A stretch of DNA of 64,000 nucleotides from Anaerobium acetethylicum (lineage in GTDB: Bacteria > Bacillota > Clostridia > Lachnospirales > Lachnospiraceae): NCBI RefSeq assembly GCF_900096945.1, contig NZ_FMKA01000001.1, positions 426,291-490,290 of the forward strand, written 5' to 3'. The position numbers and the translations under genes were made by a program. Below, piece by piece: positions 28,801 through 37,533 of the stretch. Numbering within the stretch: the first letter of the stretch is position 1; the number at the start of each line of letters is the position of its first letter. The notes under the pieces were generated by a model, which saw nothing but the letters and a program-made list of their open reading frames with translations, ran no database searches and was not told where the DNA came from.

Positions 28801-30229
28801 CGTCATATGCCGATTTCATAAACGGGACCATGTTCAGGTTTTTAGACTCTGCTGGATAGTCCGCATCCCAGATCAGTCCTGGTTTTGCAGCAGTAACGGT
28901 TACAGGTGTTCCGTCTGCCGGGACGGTATAAGCTGATTCTTTTGCAGAGTCATCTGCAAACAGATTCAGATTCAGATTTGACTTATATGCTGTATTGACC
29001 TGCTTGATTTTAAAACTTGTTCCCTCAGGCATATAGATTCCAAGATTCTGCCTGTCATGATAGTTGCCTCTGTTCATTCCGGCAGCGTCCATGTTCCTTA
29101 CACTTTTGATGGTATACAAAGTCCTCTGTATGACCATGGAAGTGGTCCCGTCGCCCTTGACTGTAACAGGCACATCTATTTCGGCCCTGTTGCCGTGACT
29201 GTCTGTGACAGAATACCCTATGCTGTAGGTTCCCGCTTTAGCGGTATTTACATTACTGTCTGTCAGTGAAATACTGTTGGTCAGATCTCCGTCCTCAAAA
29301 TCCCTCGCAAAAATCCTGAATCTTGCGTCATCTGCGTTAAAATTCGTATTTAGCGGAATTCTTATACTGGTCGTTCCATAAAACGACGGGGCGTTCAAAA
29401 CAGAGTAGTGGCCAAGCTCATTGTTTGCGAGCTTTTTTGCTGCCACGATCTGACCATTTAAATAGTCCCTGAATACATGGCTGTCAAGTTCTCCGCGAAT
29501 ATCTGCTTCAAATGCATTTACTGCCTCCGGAGTACGATACTGATCATTCAGTGCTGTGTGTTCCTTGTTTGAGAACAGGGCATCCATTTTGTTCAGAACC
29601 CTGTCTTCCCTGTAAAAATGAAGAAGGGATGCACTCGGACACGCATTGTAACAGTCTGCAAATTCAAATCTCAGCCTTTTGAATGCGGTCGGTGTGAATT
29701 TGAATTCCATCACATTTCCAGAAACCACACTTGAGGCTGTGGCAGCCAGGACGAAATCCTCTCCGCTATCAGTCTGGGAGGCATATATTTTGGCTACTGT
29801 GGCATAACCTTTGTTGCCGGAATTCATTCGGGCAGCATAAATAACACGGTCAAGAATTTCTGTCGAAGCAAATGTTACCGTTATTTTCGTGGGATCTGTT
29901 GATTTCCATACACCCGTATTTATGCCATAAAATGTATCCGTTGCATCATCAAACGCATTCGCCAGAGATTCCGCATTCGAGTATGCCGGATGATTGCTCA
30001 CGTATGATGCAGGCACCGCCTTGTATTGATTGCTGTAAGCAGCGAAATCCTTCTGGTTTCTGATTTCAAAAACATTTACTTTCGCCGTTTCACCCACAGC
30101 ACCTTCTGCCGCCATAACTTTGCCAATCATAACCTCAGAAAACATCATCAGATGATTTTCCGTGAATAGCATGGCAAGAATCAGAATCACTGCCCAAAAG
30201 GATATCCTCTTGTTTTTTTTGTAGACCAT
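25853..30229 (-). CDS. secreted M60-like (enhancin-type) zinc metallopeptidase with Ig-like (Big_3) domains and C-terminal DUF4214 repeats
   Basis: signal peptide; HELGHGY zincin motif; Big_3-like segments (TYSIGYSVTDSHGN, SYTAVYTVSDSDGN); 3-4 DUF4214 repeats; GGGAGG RBS before MVYKKNKR. Confidence 0.8.
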   Translation of the reverse strand: MVYKKNKRISFWAVILILAMLFTENHLMMFSEVMIGKVMAAEGAVGETAKVNVFEIRNQKDFAAYSNQYKAVPASYVSNHPAYSNAESLANAFDDATDTFYGINTGVWKSTDPTKITVTFASTEILDRVIYAARMNSGNKGYATVAKIYASQTDSGEDFVLAATASSVVSGNVMEFKFTPTAFKRLRFEFADCYNACPSASLLHFYREDRVLNKMDALFSNKEHTALNDQYRTPEAVNAFEADIRGELDSHVFRDYLNGQIVAAKKLANNELGHYSVLNAPSFYGTTSIRIPLNTNFNADDARFRIFARDFEDGDLTNSISLTDSNVNTAKAGTYSIGYSVTDSHGNRAEIDVPVTVKGDGTTSMVIQRTLYTIKSVRNMDAAGMNRGNYHDRQNLGIYMPEGTSFKIKQVNTAYKSNLNLNLFADDSAKESAYTVPADGTPVTVTAAKPGLIWDADYPAESKNLNMVPFMKSAYDGNIYPVVEIEFENSVKALDYYHDGDNQAAFMAGWTASKAGYSVIETERATFLLPLKDKDNTLRTGTIINVNNYRKFTTFDDALAWYNEFLEEYDSYTGLEINTNDWMNQNVRTKYFVKANIHGAGLAYYSGDHTAFNGNSIRDYFVKDWMTLHELGHGYGGVLQSSGMDIGEVVNNVLGHYQEMKYLEYGQTGWLGNLSNKSKEAEFIRERNGDLKFDSLGFGSKLYVFVNLLNTIGPEEGWSALHTGVRKEACSGDNVNACNAIARYLSSYSGKNVIPYLNAWALEPDDKTTSEVYESDYPMLYFIRDLVNTDEKAVEISNALGRKGMYALAAPAELSSFGLRGNAAVTVSIDDISQIMGKYCVVKNGSETAAEVRITEEMIQADTGNLKLSFKNLPIGAYELEMPTPKSGAYEYGYKYILVKEGQDTPDSFTYRKMTTSPLSGDEQILFRGYANTFANMTIDYHTMNLHISSADCKPHTLFDSQTFASIEVLDESGKQVYVKNYIANVNAPEEIDVKFKVGYKINITHLEGAAKLNFISRSTLEDVSAFFSPKNRIVNSYRITGYGLAKLADSEEAVYSSYLNKVKNYTAFVMGNMNEEQAVNKKSCFVFKNKLLAALNLLKEADKAAMMEENRQLFSGSIPVISNHASESIVVETGNALNLIDWAKRNITVTDIEDGTVELNADNFEFSGVPLDALGNAVTAGSYTAVYTVSDSDGNQVSGTREVRITAKESSKEEKIDDFIRRLYDKVLGRTAGDDEIGFYRRNLVDRISTGADVGRGFVFSPEFLGRNLSNGAYVEMLYETFMGRASDAGGKAYWSDFLDKGVSRLWVFRGFVESVEFTDICSSYGIDRGSVAVTDPADQNPNLAMYIYRLYAEVLNREAEAGGLSYYAREIQEGRMTPVQAAQNFIFSPEFQKKNLTDSDYVKVLYRTFMGREYDQGGLEYHLNRMNNQTSRQEIMFGFADSPEFRKIIESFGLKN

Positions 30230-30410
30230 TTTGTTGTTACCTCCCGTGTCTGCTATTTGCTTAATAGAATTATTATGCTGGAATGCACGAACGATTTCCC
30301 GAAAAGTCCATAAACATCCCAAATTAATACAATCATAGCACAGATACGCACAAAATTATTTGTCTTATCACCTTATTTATTTGCATAATAAAGGTGCTTT
30401 CTATTACTTT

Positions 30411-30869
30411 TTATTCTTCATTCCTTTCTGTATCCAACTTGTTTTCAACAAGCTCGCCGAACCTGCTTTCAAACTCATTCCGGGCCTCGTCCGTAAATTT
30501 CTTATGCTTTCCAGCCCTCATTCCGCTGCGTCTTGCTTTTTTTGCAAGATGCCTTTCAAAAAGCTTCTGCTCTATATTCCCGTCAGTAAACTGCTTTCCC
30601 GTATGATGCATAGGGTATGCCTTTTTCGCAAGGGCCATTGCTGCCACGCCGTAATCCTGGGTAACAACGATATCCCCTTTTTCTATCATGTTGACTAGTG
30701 CAAAATCTGCTGCGTCTGCTGCTTTGCTGACCGTTACGACTTTAGCATAATCCGATTCCAGGATATGGCTTGTATCGACTATATAAATAAGTTCAACACT
30801 ATTTTTCTTTGCAATCTTTTCTATGATTTCCCTGACCGGGCACGCATCTGCATCTACAAGTATTTTCAT
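30411..30869 (-). CDS. YaiI/UPF0178 (DUF188) family protein
   Basis: MKILVDADACPV N-terminus. Confidence 0.8.
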   Translation of the reverse strand: MKILVDADACPVREIIEKIAKKNSVELIYIVDTSHILESDYAKVVTVSKAADAADFALVNMIEKGDIVVTQDYGVAAMALAKKAYPMHHTGKQFTDGNIEQKLFERHLAKKARRSGMRAGKHKKFTDEARNEFESRFGELVENKLDTERNEE

Positions 30870-30979
30870 CTGCTCTGATCCTTTCTTTTCAGCAATGTTT
30901 CCGTATATAGCAAAAGCCCCCAGACAGGAAATCCGTTTGGGGGCCCAACTATTATGTTTGCTGCCTGATATCCGTTACC

Positions 30980-33022
30980 TTATTTCACTTCTTCTGGCTT
31001 CTGTATATCCGAAACCTGAACTTCCCCACCTTCAGCAACCGGCTGGGAACCCGCAGCCGGAGCCACGTCTTTTTTCATGTTCTGATCACTTCCGTCAAGA
31101 GACACCCCCAGTTTGTCCAGGGTGATGAATTTTAAAAGCGTATCCAAAACATTGCTGTTTCCTGTATTTTCGCTGCTGCCTCCCATATTTACGACGGTTT
31201 TCGGTACTACGTCTACTTTGGAATTCTTTATAGCGTCAGCCAGCTTTTCAGCAACTTCCTGGATAACCCTGTATTCAGCTCCTCCGTAAGCCTGAACCTG
31301 CGCATCGATTGCTCTTGCCTTCGCAAGACCCACATTCGTCTCTTTTGAAGCCTCTGCTTCACCTTCAAGAGTGATCTTCGTGGAATTAGCCCTGGCAAGC
31401 GCTACAATCTGGTTGGCTTCCTGTTCTGCCTTGCTTGCAAGCGCAGCACCGCTATTTCTTTCCACTTCAATCTGAATCTTTGATTTTGTAAGGAAGGCCT
31501 GCTGCTCAGCTGTCGCTTCGGCTTCGCGGAGTGATTTCTCGCTCTCAGCTGCTGACTGCTGCTTCTGGTAAGTTACCTTCTTTTCCTCTGCAATCTGCCT
31601 TTCCCTGAGCTGCATCAGGATATTCTCTATCTGGATATCTCCCACAGCTGCCTTTGGTGTGCCGATCAGCACTTCTTCGAGCTGAAGATTATATTTCTGG
31701 AATTTCTGCTTCATTTCATCAACGGCTCTTTCACGGATTGCGCTTCTTTCCTGAATCAGCTCGATCAGGGTCTTTGTCTGGGCAACATCCTTGAAATAAG
31801 CGCTTACCAGAGGATCCAGGGACTGGTTCACAAGCATATTGATGTCACCAAAACGCTGTATGACCCATGGCGCCTGCTTGTAGTCGATATGCATGACGAC
31901 CGAAAGCGGAAGCGCAGGCTCGAATGCATCCTTGGTTATGATGTCCACTTCCGTCAGGTTCTCGTCGTATTTATGATCTCCTGTCTCTGCCTTGTTCCAT
32001 TTTAATATGATGTTGGTCGTAGGTACCAGGACTACTTTTCCTGCATCCGTATTAAATGCATATTTTCCAGGCATCAGCGGCTTCTCCAGCACGCCCTTGC
32101 ATCCGGCTCCAACAAGCTCTCCATGCTTATAGTCGTTTCCGCTTGTATCAACACCCGCGCTTCCAAAAAACGAAACCACGACGCCGACATAGCCGATCGG
32201 AACTACCGTCTTCGGTTTGAAATCGACTGTTGCGAAAAGTCTGTTGATATAGTAGGTACCATCCGTAAGCACCTGAAGCTGTTTACCACGTCGTCCGCCA
32301 AGTTCAAGGAACTTCTCCGGATCCTGAAAACTTGCGTGCTCTTCTCCAACACTTGCTGCGATGATCTCCCCTTCCTGCAGCGAAACGCCGTCATGTACAG
32401 TAACAATGCCCATGATGTCGCTGGTCTGCTCCCCTGATCCCATGATGATGACTGGACTGAATGCGTTTCGGGCGAGCAGTGTCTGCTGCATGGAAACCAG
32501 CTCCACTTTCTCCTGCTTTGAGCTGTTGAAAATCGCTTTGATTTCCCCCTGGGTTATGACGATAAACTGGGCTAAATTGATCGCATAGGTTCCTTCCCTG
32601 AGTATTCCCCTCTGGGGCCCTCTCTGTCCTCCATTCTCAAGAAATCCATGAACATCCTGAAAATTATTGGCTTCAGGAATGACTTTTCCAAGCGTCTGTG
32701 TAGGTGCCAGCGGCTTGCCGTCACGGGCAAATAAATAAGCAATCTGCCCCTGCGGAATCGTAATAAGCGGATACCTGTGGATCTTGAACATCAGCGCAGA
32801 CCGGAAATGAATACCGCCTCGCAGAAGATCTGGCGAGTAACCCGCTTCACCCTTCAGTGCGATAATAGAGTTCTTCAGCGATCCTTTCATGCTCCACCAC
32901 TTTTCGACCACAGCTACTTCGTCCGACGCAATGATCCTGAGTCCTAAAATCTGAAAAACAATAAGATAGAACCCGACTATTCCGGCTAAAATATATAAGC
33001 CTGTTGCAACGTAATCCCCCAT
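30980..33022 (-). CDS. flotillin family protein (SPFH/band-7 domain, C-terminal EA-rich coiled coil)
   Basis: N-terminal TM, SPFH domain, long Ala/Glu/Gln coiled coil; AGAGGAGGA RBS. Confidence 0.85.
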   Translation of the reverse strand: MGDYVATGLYILAGIVGFYLIVFQILGLRIIASDEVAVVEKWWSMKGSLKNSIIALKGEAGYSPDLLRGGIHFRSALMFKIHRYPLITIPQGQIAYLFARDGKPLAPTQTLGKVIPEANNFQDVHGFLENGGQRGPQRGILREGTYAINLAQFIVITQGEIKAIFNSSKQEKVELVSMQQTLLARNAFSPVIIMGSGEQTSDIMGIVTVHDGVSLQEGEIIAASVGEEHASFQDPEKFLELGGRRGKQLQVLTDGTYYINRLFATVDFKPKTVVPIGYVGVVVSFFGSAGVDTSGNDYKHGELVGAGCKGVLEKPLMPGKYAFNTDAGKVVLVPTTNIILKWNKAETGDHKYDENLTEVDIITKDAFEPALPLSVVMHIDYKQAPWVIQRFGDINMLVNQSLDPLVSAYFKDVAQTKTLIELIQERSAIRERAVDEMKQKFQKYNLQLEEVLIGTPKAAVGDIQIENILMQLRERQIAEEKKVTYQKQQSAAESEKSLREAEATAEQQAFLTKSKIQIEVERNSGAALASKAEQEANQIVALARANSTKITLEGEAEASKETNVGLAKARAIDAQVQAYGGAEYRVIQEVAEKLADAIKNSKVDVVPKTVVNMGGSSENTGNSNVLDTLLKFITLDKLGVSLDGSDQNMKKDVAPAAGSQPVAEGGEVQVSDIQKPEEVK

Positions 33023-33126
33023 AAAAAATCCTCCTCTAAAATTGTTATTTATTTCACTATACACCTTTTACAAAAAATAACAAGTAGAAATAATCTGGGG
33101 GCGGGTTCAACTTTGATTCTTCAGAT

Positions 33127-33609
33127 TTACTGGTTGTTCTGATTATGCATGCAGTTATCAATTGCAACCACAAGCGCACACATAAATGGTGTATCCTGCT
33201 GATTGAATATGTCAATTTCATAGCTATCGCCCCATGACAGCCACTTTTTATGTATGCTTCCGAAATACTGTCCATCCTTCAATACATCATAATCCATTCC
33301 CAGGCAGTTTCCGCTTATTTCAAATCTCCCATAAATACTGCTGACATTCAGCTTCCTGCTAAGAATTGAAAACTCCTGGGTTATGGCAGCACACTGGCTG
33401 CCATCCTTATAAATTTCATACTGTGCCATAAAAAAAGTAAACCTTTTCTTTATGAAATAAAGTTCCCTGCCAAAAGGATCCTTCAAATGCATCTTGGCAT
33501 TAATTGTAAACATTTCCCCTTCTACGTTGTAAACCACATTCTGATCCATATCATATATGTCATATTTGTCATTAAAGGAAAATACCCTCTGTTTAATATA
33601 TAGTTTCAT
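33127..33609 (-). CDS. LURP-one-related (LOR/DUF567, tubby-like fold) protein
   Basis: MKLYIKQRVFSFNDKYDIYD...FTINAKMHLKD pattern. Confidence 0.55.
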   Translation of the reverse strand: MKLYIKQRVFSFNDKYDIYDMDQNVVYNVEGEMFTINAKMHLKDPFGRELYFIKKRFTFFMAQYEIYKDGSQCAAITQEFSILSRKLNVSSIYGRFEISGNCLGMDYDVLKDGQYFGSIHKKWLSWGDSYEIDIFNQQDTPFMCALVVAIDNCMHNQNNQ

Positions 33610-33660
33610 CGCTGTCTCCCTTACATTATAGTTTTATATACCGCTGACTCAATCCCCATG

Positions 33661-34131
33661 CTACTGGCCCGCAAACTGCGCGCCAAGAAATCCTTTGAGA
33701 TTATTGATCATCTCCGGATTTTCTCCCACATAGAGAACAATGATATTTCCCCTTTTGAAAAAGTGTGGCAGGGAATCCCAGGACATCTGGATGTTTTTAC
33801 TGACATCGTCTTTTACAGCACTGTAATAGAATCCGCAGGCATCCAGACACAGGGAATCTTCCTCCATGGCCCGGTTATTCTCATAGACATATACATAGAT
33901 ATTCTCCTGCCCGTTCACTGTAAGCCTGGTCCGCTCCCCGGCAAGAATATCTTTCATCATATCTTCCATTTCCAGCGAAAATCCTTTTTTCTCCAATTCA
34001 TCAGCCAGATCATGCATAAGGTCATAATCTGCAATTACCCTCGCATCTTTCGATGAATAATAAATGAAGGTCGCTGCCAGCATCACGCCCATAATTAGCA
34101 CTGCACCAATATACAACATGCCTTTTTTCAT
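33661..34131 (-). CDS. hypothetical membrane-anchored protein
   Basis: N-terminal TM; GGAGGT RBS before MKKGMLYIG. Confidence 0.5.
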   Translation of the reverse strand: MKKGMLYIGAVLIMGVMLAATFIYYSSKDARVIADYDLMHDLADELEKKGFSLEMEDMMKDILAGERTRLTVNGQENIYVYVYENNRAMEEDSLCLDACGFYYSAVKDDVSKNIQMSWDSLPHFFKRGNIIVLYVGENPEMINNLKGFLGAQFAGQ

Positions 34132-34161
34132 ATAAACATCCACCTCCAAAGCCGCCTGCTA

Positions 34162-35388
34162 TCAGATATCTTTGAATTTCTGCATATATTCATCCATGGC
34201 AGCTGCCACAGTTTTTGAGTATTTGACTGCTTCCACAACGGTTTTTGCTCCCAGCACGACATCGCCAGAAGCGAATATGCCTGCCCTTGTTGTTTCTCCT
34301 TTGCCGTCCGTCACCAGAAGTCCCCTCTCGTTCACCTCAATTCCCGTGGTGGTAGATACAATCCTGTTCCTTGCCCCCTGGCTTACCGAAATTATGACTG
34401 AATCCGCAGGCCTGAAGAATGTCTCTTTGTCCTCCCAGATCACGTTTTCATTTTCGTCTACCTTGACTTTTCTGAAGATTACCCCGTCATCGGTAATTTC
34501 AACCGGAGCGACTTCATATTCGAATTCGACGCCGTCAATCTTGGCATATTCCACTTCGCGTGGGCTTGCTGCGGCAGTTGCCGTTCTTGAATATACGGTC
34601 ACATTGGAGGTCCCGTTCCTGAGGACAGTCCTTGCGACATCCATTGCTGCATTTCCGGCACCGATAATGACCACTTTTTCGCCCAGATCATATACATCCG
34701 GATTGGAAAGGTAATTGATTCCAAAATGCACATGGCCTAAAGTCTCGCCCTTGATGCGAAGCCTGTTGGGCTTCCATACACCTGTTCCGATGAATATGGA
34801 CTTATAGCCGTCCCTTATCAGATCATCTACGCTAATGGTAAGTCCGATTACTGTATTCGGGCGGATTTTAATACCCATCTCCTTTAGTTTCTCCAGATAC
34901 TTTTCCAGAATCGCTTTCGGGAGGCGAAATTCCGGTATCCCGTAGCGAAGAACTCCTCCGATTTTATCTTTTGATTCGAATATAGTGACATCATAGCCCT
35001 TCTGAGCCAAATCTACCGCAATAGTAATTCCTGCCGGACCTGAGCCTATGATGGCCGCTTTTATCCCGTTTTTCTTTGGGATACCAAGTTTCATGCGGTC
35101 GAAATAAGCCGTCGAAATATAATTCTCTATACTGCTGATATGCACCGGCATACCCTTTTTATTGAGTATGCAGTGCCCCTCGCACTGCTTGTCATGATCG
35201 CATATCAGGGAACATACTATAGAAAGCGGGTTATTTTCAAATAACATTTCTCCAGCCTTCATCAGCTCCCCCTTAAGAAAAAGCTCTATCATCTGCGGAA
35301 TCTGGGTTTCAATAGGACACCCGACCCTGCATTGCGGCTTTTTACAGTTCAGACACCTTTTTGCTTCGTTTACAACATGAATCGACAT
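34162..35388 (-). CDS. GltD-family NAD(P)H-dependent FAD oxidoreductase (glutamate synthase small-subunit-like, N-terminal Fe-S Cys cluster)
   Basis: CLNCKKPQCRVGCP cluster; two Rossmann GxGxxG (IIGSGPAG, IIGAGNAAMD). Confidence 0.8.
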   Translation of the reverse strand: MSIHVVNEAKRCLNCKKPQCRVGCPIETQIPQMIELFLKGELMKAGEMLFENNPLSIVCSLICDHDKQCEGHCILNKKGMPVHISSIENYISTAYFDRMKLGIPKKNGIKAAIIGSGPAGITIAVDLAQKGYDVTIFESKDKIGGVLRYGIPEFRLPKAILEKYLEKLKEMGIKIRPNTVIGLTISVDDLIRDGYKSIFIGTGVWKPNRLRIKGETLGHVHFGINYLSNPDVYDLGEKVVIIGAGNAAMDVARTVLRNGTSNVTVYSRTATAAASPREVEYAKIDGVEFEYEVAPVEITDDGVIFRKVKVDENENVIWEDKETFFRPADSVIISVSQGARNRIVSTTTGIEVNERGLLVTDGKGETTRAGIFASGDVVLGAKTVVEAVKYSKTVAAAMDEYMQKFKDI

Positions 35389-35433
35389 GAATTTCCTCCT
35401 TGTGAGCGTATAATTCTATTTTTATCATAAAAG

Positions 35434-35706
35434 TCAATACCTGATGCTGAAATCAGATTCCTTCTTGTTTTCCATCTGTTCAATATGCAGCCTTTCAACA
35501 TGTATGAACATGTTTCCGCCGTTTTTCAGTTCACTTATAAGCTTTTCAATCTTTTCCGTCGGACCCTGAACCTCCATTTCGACCATTCCGTTATCGAGAT
35601 TTTTCACATAGCCTGCAAGACCGTATTGTATTGCCTTTGTCCTTACGAAATAGCGGAATCCGACTCCCTGAACCCTTCCTTCTGCAAGTATATGCCTTCT
35701 TTCCAT
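35434..35706 (-). CDS. acyP: acylphosphatase
   Basis: GRVQGVGFRYF signature. Confidence 0.85.
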   Translation of the reverse strand: MERRHILAEGRVQGVGFRYFVRTKAIQYGLAGYVKNLDNGMVEMEVQGPTEKIEKLISELKNGGNMFIHVERLHIEQMENKKESDFSIRY

Positions 35707-35731
35707 AAAGCACCTCCCTTATCCTTCCAGT

Positions 35732-37498
35732 CTATTTTACCCGGGCCACAAACCCGGCACCGTTTGAAAAAACCTTTTCAAGAGACTCAAAATACTCCCT
35801 AAATTCAAAATAGATGTCGCTGTCGCTTTTGGTGAAAACCAGGACATAATCAGCTTTTTCCCGAATCTTTTCCAGAAACTCCTCGCCTCCGGTGAACCAG
35901 TGATAATAGTGTTCATGCCTCTGGTTTGTAATCGCTTCATACCAGTGGACATCATCCCAGGGGCCTGCCATAGGGACGTCATACTTTTCCGGCAGCAGAT
36001 TTTCATAGACGTAGTCATACAGGGCAAGCTTATCCGCTGAATATCCTGATGTCCGAAGGGATCTGTAATTAAATACGAATATATTGCTGTCAATGGCCGA
36101 ATCCACAGCCGGGGCGAATCGCTCATTCCTTTCCCTGATGCGCTCTTCGATACCAAATCCCTTCATTCCCAGCACAAAAAGCGCCGTTAATGCCGCCGAT
36201 GCAAGTATCCCCTTTACATCTTTTGACAGATAACGGATTCCGTTAAAAAACAGAACCCACATTACAAGCCAGAGCGGATGGTAATTTTTATAATAATAAT
36301 AGGAGGATGCGACGCCCCCCAATCCGATCAAAAGAAGCACAAGCATAGATACAAGAACCGTTGCCGCAATGAACACTGCAGAATCTGCGGCCCTGTTTCT
36401 CAGTATTTTATATGTCCCATAAAGGGAGAATGGCATCAGGAGTATAAAGTTATAATACAGATCCTTATAAATAAAGCCTTCCGTATTGATTGCCGACCCT
36501 AGCGAAACATCGCCTCCGAAAGTTCCGGTCAATATGTAAAACAGACCAACTGCGCAGGGAATCAGAAATATCGCCAGAAACAGCATGACTGTGTCCTGTC
36601 CGAACAGCTGCCTCTTCATAAAGCGGTCGCGGGCTATTGTCACAAATATTCCCACAAAAACAGCCGGCATAAACAGAACGTAGCATAGGAAAATTCCCAG
36701 GCACCCTAGGGAAATCAGCGCTATGCCCACCCTTTTGTCCCATTCATTTCTCAAAAAACCATCCGTCATGAAAATCAGGTATGCCACAAGGGTAACGCCA
36801 ATGCCAAGATAGACCGATCCTAAATTGATATTATTCATCGGGTATCCCAGCATGTAGACAAGCGTAACTGCCCAGGCGGCAGCCTTCAGAAATTTGGTTC
36901 TTGCATATCCCGCAATCACAGCAAAAAACATCATCCCGCTGAGCAGGAACATGGCAAGATCCGAAATGATAAAAAGCCTGTAGTATCTGTTGACCTCGGA
37001 AAGCGGCGACAGCATCTCAATCACAAGGGCATTATTCAGCGATGCATGATACATGCCATAAACTTTCCTGTCATTGATGATATTCATTGCATATTTCAGA
37101 TGGTTCTGAGGATCCGTAGTCTGATAATGGATCTGAAGATCCGTTCCATACCTCTGCACCGCAAACCCCGCCACAATCATCAACAGAATTCCTGCAAACA
37201 GGACATCTGTTTTTTCATAAAAATATTCCTGCCTTTTATTGTCTGCGATAATCCGATACCAGAAAAACAGAGCCGCTGCCAGATCACCGATTCCGATGGA
37301 AATAATGCCGACCGGAATATGGACAAAACTGAATATGCCAGCCACAAGAGTATGAAAGCACATCAGGGCGATAGCCGTAACAGGCAGCCAGACAACTCCA
37401 TTCTGTCTGATTTTCGACTTTTCATAAAAATAGAATCCGCCCCCTGCTGAAATGCATCCCAAAAAAAATACTACTGAAGCTGTCCATGATAAGTCCAT
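35732..37498 (-). CDS. polytopic integral membrane protein (>=12 TM) with C-terminal soluble domain; possible cell-envelope glycosyltransferase/polymerase, uncharacterised
   Basis: 588 aa, hydrophobic throughout, Tyr/His-rich C-terminal ~190 aa. Confidence 0.55.
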   Translation of the reverse strand: MDLSWTASVVFFLGCISAGGGFYFYEKSKIRQNGVVWLPVTAIALMCFHTLVAGIFSFVHIPVGIISIGIGDLAAALFFWYRIIADNKRQEYFYEKTDVLFAGILLMIVAGFAVQRYGTDLQIHYQTTDPQNHLKYAMNIINDRKVYGMYHASLNNALVIEMLSPLSEVNRYYRLFIISDLAMFLLSGMMFFAVIAGYARTKFLKAAAWAVTLVYMLGYPMNNINLGSVYLGIGVTLVAYLIFMTDGFLRNEWDKRVGIALISLGCLGIFLCYVLFMPAVFVGIFVTIARDRFMKRQLFGQDTVMLFLAIFLIPCAVGLFYILTGTFGGDVSLGSAINTEGFIYKDLYYNFILLMPFSLYGTYKILRNRAADSAVFIAATVLVSMLVLLLIGLGGVASSYYYYKNYHPLWLVMWVLFFNGIRYLSKDVKGILASAALTALFVLGMKGFGIEERIRERNERFAPAVDSAIDSNIFVFNYRSLRTSGYSADKLALYDYVYENLLPEKYDVPMAGPWDDVHWYEAITNQRHEHYYHWFTGGEEFLEKIREKADYVLVFTKSDSDIYFEFREYFESLEKVFSNGAGFVARVK

Positions 37499-37533
37499 AA
37501 TTTCTCCTCCGTTGTTACGATCACGCTATAATT

